NCBI GenBank assembly: GCA_951406725.2
Contig: OX597814.1
Location: forward strand, 118,544,001-118,608,000
Source: Octopus vulgaris
Lineage: Eukaryota
Length of the DNA stretch: 64,000 nt
Reading direction: 5' to 3'
Of this stretch, positions 54,644 to 64,000 are shown piece by piece (position 1 is the first letter of the stretch; every line of letters begins with the position of its first letter). The position numbers and the translations under genes were made by a program. The notes beneath the pieces are model-generated. The model did not search any database. It was not told where the DNA came from and saw nothing but the letters and a program-made list of their open reading frames with translations.

Positions 54644-55794
54644 CATAGACATACATAAACCCATAAATATACACATTCATACATATATATACACTCACTT
54701 ACGGTACAGAATAGATTATGTTCAATGAGTCCATAACGCTTGCAATTTCTCATTAGTTGTGTTGGTTGCAATAATAATATGTAGATATAGGTATGTAACT
54801 CGTTGTATTCATATGTTTGTGTGTGTTCGTGCGTCCATGCTTTTATTTTTATCTGTGCTTCTACGTGCACCGTTCTGTTCCTCATAGAGTTGTTGTACTT
54901 TTGCATGCAAAACGTGTGAATGTGGTGATACCTACCTAGTTTCATTGCTTTGAATAATGTATATTCTGCCTTTCTATTTCGTATATCTGATGATGGTACG
55001 ATATCGTGCATACACATTTGGCAGCAATTTCCATCTGATAGCTCGTTACACCAGTCATGCAAGTAACTTATTTTCTTTGATTATCGTATTATATAGTGCT
55101 ATTTACTTTAGCTTTAGCTTTTTTTTTTATAGATTACCCATGAAGTCGTTCAGGGATTGGATCTTTTCAAGTGGGAAATTCACTATATAGTTTTTTTTTA
55201 CAATCATCTTTACATGTATTTTTTCGCGATTCTTAAATTTCTTTTCATGTCCATGATTGCTTACCCATTCAAAGTAGTGGTGCATAGGAAGCATATATTC
55301 GCCCTATATATTTATGTATAATTTCGTATAATATCGTGCACTTCATTCATTGTTTACACTTCAATGCATTTCATTATACTTCAGCCTCAGACCTATATAT
55401 AATATACAGTTTCCGCCAAAATTCTTTATCTGTTCTTTGTAAATTTGCTCTTTAGATGCTCTACGAAAATCCCTTGTTACAATTTCTTGGTAATGTGCAT
55501 TTGTTTCAACCGTCTTACGTTATCAATTATTATGATATTTTGAAATCATATTTCCCTGGAGGTTTACCAGAATATTTATTCTCAAAATTTATCGCATTAC
55601 TTTGTTTTTCTAATAAGTTTATGTAAAGTCTCAACACACAAAGAAACACGCTCAAACACACAAGCGCACAAACGTATGTATGTATGTATGTGAGAGTATG
55701 CATGAGTGTAGTGTGCTCGTATAGCATCCATATATATTTGATACGTATATACATATGTAAATATATATGCATACATATATGAATATATACATAG

Positions 55795-55845
<51 letters not shown>

Positions 55846-56559
55846 TAGATAGATAGATAGATAGATATAGATATATATATACTTATACATGCATTCATAC
55901 ATACATATAGTGATCAATACGTGCGCAGATTTGTAATTAGTTTGAAACTTGTTGGCTCAGATCTACAGAATACAAAATGTCACGAGAGAAAATAGGCGTC
56001 TTCATCTCCAAACGTGCGAAACGAGGCTAATATATGTGAACATTTTCAGAGATTGTGCCATTCATTATTTGTGTAAAGTGGACGAAATTTTTAAACGAGA
56101 TACACCGATATGCAAGAATGTATTATATGAGATAGTTTTGATGCATTAAGCCGTTAGCTCCCATTGGACTAAAGGTTACGAGGAACTGGTAGTAAGAGGA
56201 GGTAGCTATTTCATGAGAGATAACCTATGTATGAATGTATGGATATAATTTATGGGTGACATAATTTTAGCCGAGTGCTGGAAAACGATGAGGGTTGTAT
56301 GGGAAAGAGAAATAACCTCACTGTGAGCAGATACTAGATTTTTGCCAGGCTGTCGTATATGGGGTTGCTTAGCCCAATGTATTTTTCGCAGACATCTGGG
56401 ACCTCTGCTCCTTTACAGAGCATCATTGGTTTTTAAGGCAGAGTAAGCAATTAATTCTGCATGTCTGTGCTAGTTATTGTTTCTCACTAGAGCATAATTT
56501 TCAGTTATGAACATCAAATTGTTAGATTGATAGGAACCCTATCAAAGCGATATAGAAAC

Positions 56560-57090
56560 ATTCCCCGGCTGGTTATGTTCAATACAAAATTATTTATTTA
56601 CCTAAGGTTTCACATCATGCCCTTCGAAATAGTTACCTTGCATTGCAATACACTGGTCTCAGCTTTCCTGAACCACTTGGAATCCAGCCTGGAAGTCGTT
56701 TTCCGTAAGACAGTCATTGACCTTCTGTGATTCACTCTGGATTTCGACAAGGGTGTTAAGACGGTGAACTTTGAGATGCTTTTTCATCTTGGGGAAAGGA
56801 TCGACGTCCACAGGTGATAAATCTAGCGAAAAGGGTTAGTACGGAATCAATTCCGTGTTGTATTTCGAGAGAAACCCTCGGGTGATGAGAACTCAATAAC
56901 AGGGTCCATTTTCGTTGTGAAGAATCCACGTTTTCGCCGATTATCCTCCATGAAACGCTTCAAAACGTCGTTGATTTTCCTCCAACGTTCTCCAGGCACG
57001 AATGAATTTTCTCCCTATTTCTGGGCTCAATCTTGCGTCAGCTCTTTCAGATCTCTCCTCAGCTTCTAGAAACTTTTGCATGCATGGTGG
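56560..57090 (-). mobile_element. Mariner transposase C-terminal relic (second subfamily)
   Basis: Minus strand PFSLDLSPVD..FPKMKKHLKVHRLNTLVEIQSE..DFQAGF..DQCIAMQGNYFEG matches the PYSPDLAP-type C-terminus. Confidence 0.8.
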
Positions 57091-57124
57091 GGGAGAATGT
57101 TAATAGTAATTTAGCTGGCACCTT

Positions 57125-57182
57125 TTTGGCTGATGAGAAATCGGTTGCCAATTTGGCGCTAAATTTCGAAACGGATACCAAG
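57125..57182 (+). ncRNA. Type I hammerhead ribozyme motif
   Basis: TTTGG-CTGATGA-GAAAT-(TGCCA/TGGCG hairpin)-ATTTC-GAAA-CGGA-TA-CCAAG. The core is perfect, stems I and II are 5 bp each, and stem III is imperfect. Confidence 0.65.
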
Positions 57183-57475
57183 TTGAGCAGCATTTAATTG
57201 TTCTGACCCATTTAATTGTTCTGAGGTAAGACAGTATTGTTCACTGATAGTTTTCCTATCATGTCAGTATATAAATTTGTGGCTACACAGTGGTACGGAA
57301 GTATTTTCTGACTACTACATTTTCGCCATTATGGTTACTCATGTAGTAACCTAGTGTATATATGTACATATCTACTATTGTATGTATATATTTTATTAAT
57401 TTGCATGTACACTTAATAATTCGCTTACCACTCGTGATAGTATTTCAATAATACCATCCCTATATTCATTGAAAT

Positions 57476-57516
<41 letters not shown>

Positions 57517-57529
57517 CAGGTAGATAGTT

Positions 57530-57583
<54 letters not shown>

Positions 57584-57616
57584 TGATCAAAATAAAAACA
57601 TGATGCCAAGGATTCA

Positions 57617-57694
57617 GCGGTACATATGTTTCGGGCCTTTATTAGACAGATTTATAACAATGCATAATGTATGTCTGGGGCCTTCTTCAGCCGC
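57617..57694 (-). ncRNA. Type I hammerhead ribozyme (left arm)
   Basis: Minus strand GCGG-CTGAAGA-AGGCC...GGCCC-GAAA-CATATG-TA-CCGC. Confidence 0.8.
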
Positions 57695-57791
57695 GCACAA
57701 CAGCTTCCACAAGGACATGTGGAATGAGAGGATTTGCATCCCCAACCAATAATTTTTGATGTAACACATGTCCTTGTGGAAGCTGTTGTGC

Positions 57792-57869
57792 GCGGCTGAA
57801 GAAGGCCACAGACATACATTATGCATTATTATAAACCTGTCTAATAAAGGCCCGAAACATATGTACCGC
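57792..57869 (+). ncRNA. Type I hammerhead ribozyme (right arm)
   Basis: Stem I GCGG/CCGC, CTGAAGA at 57796-57802, stem II GGCC/GGCC extended by AGACA/TGTCT, GAAA at 57854-57857, palindromic ACATATGT, and GUA cleavage after 57865. Confidence 0.8.
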
Positions 57870-57971
57870 TGAATCCTTGGCATCATGTTTTTATTTTGAT
57901 CAATTTACTCCACCACCTACACCACCAAACGGTATACACAGGTGCTTATAATTATCAAGTACTCACCCCGA

Positions 57972-58020
<49 letters not shown>

Positions 58021-58045
58021 GATAGATATATATATATATATATAT

Positions 58046-58113
<68 letters not shown>

Positions 58114-59472
58114 AGATAGATACGTAATTATACCCGTGTATTCGACACCAATATTTGTTGCTCTGTTCTATCCCATATACGATCTGTCTAAATATACAGA
58201 TTAGGCTATGGACAAAGTTTTCTATTCATCATGCAGAAATAAACTACACGAACATTGTCAATGTTAATTCACTTAGTCTCGACGGGTCCTTTGAATATAA
58301 TACATTCTGTCTCTCATTTCGACTGTACGCTTTGATTTCAGAGCGATTTAGCAGTTATTTCTTGCAGCCCTTAGAGAATTACTTTCCTAGATAAATATAT
58401 TGATTAATTATTTAGATCTATTACCATAAATCTTGAGATTCTCTTCCCTTTAGTCACATATTGTAGCGTTTATTGCTTCAGATTAAGTCTCAGACTAATA
58501 ATTGTAGTGTTAAGGGAATATATTAATATATCAATTGAGGCTCCATAATCATTTCATGCATTCTTATAATACGAATTATAATTACATTAATCAATGATAT
58601 CCGAATAATTAAATATCAAATCACTAATACAATTACATAATATGTTGATACAACATACTAAAAGGTTATCTCATTGAGAAATGCGTTATGTTTTAACCAG
58701 CGTCGAAACCGTACGTTCGAGTTAATGCTCTAATTATCTCCGATATATCACACAATAACACTTCTGTTCATTAGAAGCTTAAAATGTTGACCCTAACGAA
58801 AAACTCATTAATAATATTGCTAGTGCTTGTCGAAATATCTGGATGTAATCGTTGAAATATTTCAGAATAATAACCTTTCTGATTATATCTTATGGTAACC
58901 ACTCATACATAACATAGCAAAGCCTGCACCGAAGAGATTATCGTTTCTTCTCAAAACCAGAAGCTGAATTCGTAAATCTACAACGCCTCATCTTTACCAC
59001 AATTCACATGCTTCATATTAATCTACATGCAGAAAGATGCCACCTCAGGACTTCTCAAATGATTCTAGTCAACCAACTAAAATCTTAGCTATATGCACAT
59101 TGATTTCTGTGTTATATTATTTGAATTTTACTACAGCAGACATCATCGCTTTTCAATTAGATATTTGTCTGGTAAATCTACCCATGTCCTCACACAGCAT
59201 CCATTTGTCAATCAGCTACTCAACTGTATCCTTCACACAGCTCCTAAAATGTTTCCCCCACACATCTCCTCAACTGTATCAATAATATGATGCCAATCTA
59301 TGCAGACAAGACTTTGAATACTGCAGAATTCCTTCCCAGATTAGGTCACTCTTGTATATCAAAAACTCAACGCCCAAACGGGGCACATGTATTTCAATCT
59401 TATCTTGATTCTGAGGGTTCATGATGTCTTTTCATTACTAAACAATAGAAACAATATATTTGAGCTTTATTT

Positions 59473-59935
59473 TTAGTGTATGTTATGATTTGTTATGTCA
59501 ACGATTATATTTAGATGCCATTGCTGACCTTCAGGAATATTGTGTGCTCTAGGACTAACTTTAATTTGGCATTTGCGGCTCCGTTGGTGGCTAATTAAAA
59601 AGCCTGCTCTTGACAAGCATCCACTACTGCAAACATTGCAAACCAAGCTTTCCCCATTCACTACACCAGCAGTGTGCTTTCGAGCAGCACGCTTAAGTTC
59701 TTCATGCAGAATACGTACTATCTCAAAAGTGTTGACCCCCTCTTTAACCTGCTTCCTCCAACTGTGGCGATGACATGCATTGCTCTCCCAGTCAGCGTCC
59801 TGTATATCACAGATTTTCAATGAGGATTTGATACTGTCCTTAAATCGCAGCCTTGGTCTCTGCCGAGGTCTCTTCTTTCTATTCACAAGTTCCCCATAGA
59901 GCATCTGCTTAGGGTTCCTGCTATTCTTCATTCTA
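59473..59935 (-). mobile_element. RTE-clade LINE 3' end (5'-truncated)
   Basis: RNPKQMLYGEL..RPRQRPRLRFKDSIK..WESNA..R.SWR..KRAARK..CNVCSSGCLSRAG..SHQR is the typical RTE/BovB-type C-terminus with zinc finger. Confidence 0.88.
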
Positions 59936-59972
59936 ATAATGTGTCCAGTCCAACATTACGTTGGATTGGACA

Positions 59973-60038
<66 letters not shown>

Positions 60039-60538
60039 GTGTTTGTGTGTGTACGTGTGTAGTGGGTAGGGAACTCTTGATTAAACCGGTCTATGTTATC
60101 GATTCGAGGGATAGTGCAGCTGAACATATGCTCATAGCGCAAAGGAAAGTAGCTAAATAAGCTTGACTTTTTGTTATCAGCTGTAGTGACTTTTACATTT
60201 TTCCGGAATGACTAATATATTTTGTTCCTTATAAAGCGGATTGCTATGTTGTGCAACACGGCACAATGCCAAGATGATACTGACAAACAAATAATGTGAC
60301 CAATAAAAAAATATTTTTAGAATATATTCCTATTCATGGAAAATCGATAGCTTTAAGCAAACTACCAGAAAGCATTTGCATGGATTTCGTTCAAAGTGAA
60401 ACTATTGGATACCATGTATTTCCCTATAATGAACAAGTGAAGCAAAATAATTCCACTACAAATGCTTATATAATGCCAGGCAGTTGTTTGAAATGAGGCC
60501 CACAAAATGTACATGGAAACACACACGGTTTGTTTACT

Positions 60539-60582
<44 letters not shown>

Positions 60583-61272
60583 TTTTCTATACACAATAAA
60601 TTTTTCGATTTATGCTCAACTAATCTCATGCAATGTTATATAACATTTCATTTCAATTTTAAAATCTAAACTTAAATCAGATCGTTTCTCTTATCTTGCT
60701 CATAAATGCATACTTGTGTTGTTTCCATTCAACTGGATAACAGAAATCTGAAGTTCAGGGAAAATACACACAGTGCTGAAAATTTTATTTTGTCCCTTGC
60801 TTTAGAGCTCTGAACGTGAACGGTTACACATCAACTAAGAAATCTCTCTTCTGAGTCGCTGTTTGCATGTTTAAAAATGACACGGTAAATGTATTCAATT
60901 ACAATCATAAAACGAAACATTAAACTTGGCTTGGTTCTTCTGTCTTATTGCACACAACCATACAAGTCGAAAGAATATACCTACGCAAATTATTTCGCAA
61001 ATATCTACATCAGGTACACTGACACTAAATAGTCAAATACATCAAGACAGTAATTGAGTTCGAACCTATATTAAGGTTGATGTAAACAGCAGAATATGAA
61101 ATATTGTGGTGAACTTCTTCAAACAGAATGTAAGTTAAATATAAAATATAAGAGACATTTTGTGCAGTGTTCTGTGGAGTCCACTTTTTCTTTCCTCCTA
61201 AATATTTGAAGGAAACAGAAGTGTTCAAAGATTATGATTTCGGGGCATTAAGATGCGTTAACGGAAGATGCA

Positions 61273-62003
61273 CTAGAATGATAGTGACACATTGTGAGAC
61301 AATGGGGTACATGGATATACAAGCATCAAGGGACGCCAACACATTAGATACCTGCAGATATAAACCCAGCTTAGCATAAATTTGTATACATTCATGTGTA
61401 TATATATATATATATATATATATTTTTATATATTTATATACATATGAGCAAAACGCCTCTCGTCCAATGGACGGTGCTGAGTTGTTAAATATGTAAACCA
61501 AATTTTCTCAAAACAACTTGTCCGACCCTGCCATAGGCCTCCCCTTTGAGGAACACTGACTTAACCTCCTAAATTTGAGACACCAGCAAAAGAAGGAATA
61601 ACGATAGACATTTTTTTCTATTCCAAAGAAAAACGATTTTATTCACATAAATATGCGACCGAAGATTTTAAAGTACCAGTAATGATAAGGATGTTGACTG
61701 GGAGAACACAAACATGGTTTAAACGGTAGATGCACTACGAAAGAAACGCGCCTTTAAGCAGTACAAATACAACAAAAAATGGAAGGTGCAGTTATGTACA
61801 GGTTGACGGCAGAAAAGCGAGACAAAAGCAGCTTTATCGATAGCATTCTCACCTGGAATCGATTTTTGTAATATTTTCAAGACGTATACACGCCTAGATA
61901 CCGTCGGTATCTATATATCAAATTTGAGGGCAATCGGATGTAGAATGCCCGAGATCCTACAAGACACACACACAGACAGACAGAACGGATTTTATATAAT
62001 AGA
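61273..62003 (-). mobile_element. Short non-autonomous Helitron
   Basis: Minus 5' end A|TCTATTATATAAAATCCGTTCTGTCTGTCTGTGTG..CATCCGATTGCCCTCAAATTTG. 3' hairpin CATTGT-ctc-ACAATG is followed by CTAG|T at 61273-61276. Confidence 0.7.
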
Positions 62004-62862
62004 TATAAACCAATATATATACACATATAAATACACACACATATATGCACACACATTTGCACGTGTTCACCCCTCATCCACACAGTGCTTTATCTGTTCA
62101 TATTTTGTCGGACCTGTTAATTACAAAAGATAACCCACCCTACAAAAATGTTGACTTGTAATTTTGAAACACGATCTTCAAGTAAGGCAAGTACACAGTA
62201 TGAGACATTTTATGCGACGTTGCAAATCCTCAGACCATTCAATCTCCAATATTGGAGTTCAATATTTCAAGTAATACGAAACAAAACTATGCGGGATGAA
62301 ATCGATGTTTTGGAAGCAAATGTATTTTCCGGCTTCGATTCCACCTTAGTGTATTTGTATATCTTGTTACACCTCACGTGAACAATATTGGAGAATGGTT
62401 CGATCGATATACTGTTTAGAACAGCAATACACGAAATAATACAGCTTCGATCAGAGGTATTCGATTATGTCATCATTGGTATAGATGTATACACGTATTT
62501 GATAAATACTGCTAACGAAAATCGATAGAAATTCGCAAGAGGTTCAAATCATTTTATTATATAATTCTAAGCTGATTCCCTTAAAACATGGCACTCAGCT
62601 CATTTGTATGCATTCTTTATTTTGAAGTATCCCGCAAATATGCAATTATCTAATTGAAGGGTTCAATGTTGTTAAATATTCACCTATAATTGCTTCAGTT
62701 TTATATATTTATATATGTCTGTGTGTGCGTATGTATGTATATATATATATGTATAATTATATAGATAGATATATAGATAGTTATATATATATATATATAT
62801 ATATATAAATATATATATAGAGAGAGAGAGATAGAGAGATGGATAGATAGGAAGATAGATAG

Positions 62863-62949
<87 letters not shown>

Positions 62950-63007
62950 GAAATATTGAATTTGTAAATGTCGCAGAGAGACATGAGAAGTGGTGGAGCG
63001 ATAGATC

Positions 63008-63458
63008 GGTTGTATACTGTCAACATAACTTGACAGTCCCGTAAAGGGAATTACCTCACCGCTATTTAGCCCTAGGAAGCATCGACGCTTCCTGTCGCCT
63101 TTGACACTATTCCTGTGTCCTTATATTTGCGAAGGGGAGGCAAGCACCCCCACCAGCTATATTTGTGGAGGTGACCAGTGAATAGATTTCACTGTAAATA
63201 TATATATTTGCGAAGCCTTGGCAGGCATCTCAACTAGTAGGACTGGGTACCCTGGACTGATGACAACCAAAGACTCAGAAACATCCATGTCTCTAGGTGC
63301 TAGGCCTAGCTGGTGGGGGTGCTTGCCTCCCCTCCGCAAATATAAGGACACAGGTAAAGTGTCAAAGCCGACAGGAAGTGTCGATACTTCCTAGGGCTAA
63401 ATAGCGTTGAGGTAGTTCCCTTTACGGGACTGTCGCGTTATGTTGACTGTATAGAACC
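63008..63458. mobile_element. Fold-back element with 152-bp GC-rich inverted arms (~92% identical) and a 147-nt loop
   Basis: 63008-63159 is the reverse complement of 63307-63458, with about 12 substitutions. Confidence 0.92.
63247..63300 (+). ncRNA. Type I hammerhead motif in the loop of the fold-back element
   Basis: GTACCCTGGA-CTGATGA-caaccaaagactca-GAAA-CATCCATG-TC-TCTAGGTGC. Stem I is 9 bp with one bulge, the core is perfect, stem III is ACAT/ATGT and the site is GUC. Stem II is unpaired. Confidence 0.65.
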
Positions 63459-63889
63459 ACTCTCTCTATATATATATTTGTAAATGTGTCTTTGAGTGTG
63501 CCTGCTTGTGTGTGTGTGTGCGCGACCGCATGTATTTCTGTTCTGTCTCAAAATAAAAAAAGATTTTACATTAACCTGATAGGTTTAGCTGTCGCCGGTG
63601 GTGATTTACTTTGAAGTCACTGTCAATGATATTCTTGTTGCAGAATAACCCCCCACACACACACACACACATATATATGTGAGGGAGAGAGTGACAGACA
63701 GATAAACAGACCGTGTGTGTATGATTGTATCAATCTATATAAATCGATATATACAAAGAGAGATAGATATATATATACAGGTCTACAACAAACGCAAATG
63801 TAGGAGAAAATTTACCAGCATTGACCCCGTCAATTAAATTATTGCATAGCTGCTATATTATCTCACAAAACATTTTTCCAGTATAATCT

Positions 63890-64000
63890 CAACTCCTGGA
63901 AATTTGGGGAAAGTGTCAACTCCTATACTGATACTTATTTCATCGGCGCCAAAATACTGAAAGAAAAATTGACGTCGAAAGAATTTGAACACAGAACCCA
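63890..64000 (-). mobile_element. Decayed Nin/Deu-like SINE, running off the window edge
   Basis: CTGATACTTATTTCATCGGCGCC..GAATTTGAACACAGAAC. Confidence 0.6.

Larger units (their letters stand above)
57579..57907. mobile_element. Young fold-back element: 143-bp arms (3 mismatches), 43-nt loop, plus ~70-nt one-sided tail to ~57976, inserted in (TA)n
   Basis: 57579-57721 is the reverse complement of 57765-57907, and each arm contains a hammerhead. Confidence 0.95.

Noticed and set aside
54983-55030. CTGATGA followed by hairpin GTACG/CGTGC
   Set aside because: No GAAA and no stem I; at best an unrecognisable relic.
63385-63415. Pistol-ribozyme-like words TAGGGC, TAAATAG and GCGTTGA in the right arm
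   Set aside because: The pseudoknot partner and stems are absent, and the spacing is wrong.

Overview
This is AT-rich, microsatellite-dense animal DNA with no intact protein-coding gene. The tRNA-derived SINE families, including Nin/Deu-domain-like copies, point to an octopus or other cephalopod genome (inference). Nearly all ORFs in the supplied track are translations of simple repeats. Decayed transposons dominate: a full-length mariner nested in an R4/Dong-like LINE, a second head-to-head R4-like LINE, a Tc1, a second mariner relic, two non-autonomous Helitrons with both termini, an RTE 3' end, three Penelope-like (PLE) fragments and about 13 SINEs. The most striking signal is a high density of type I hammerhead ribozyme (HHR) motifs. 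About 5 are good and several more are decayed, and most have the palindromic (dimer-type) stem III typical of PLEs. Some sit in ORF-less fold-back elements with 115-152 bp arms beside (TA)n tracts. One element (57579-57907) carries a complete HHR on each strand, and another (63008-63458) displays an HHR in its loop. A few low-confidence host exons are also noted. All base pairings were derived by eye and no folding or database search was run.
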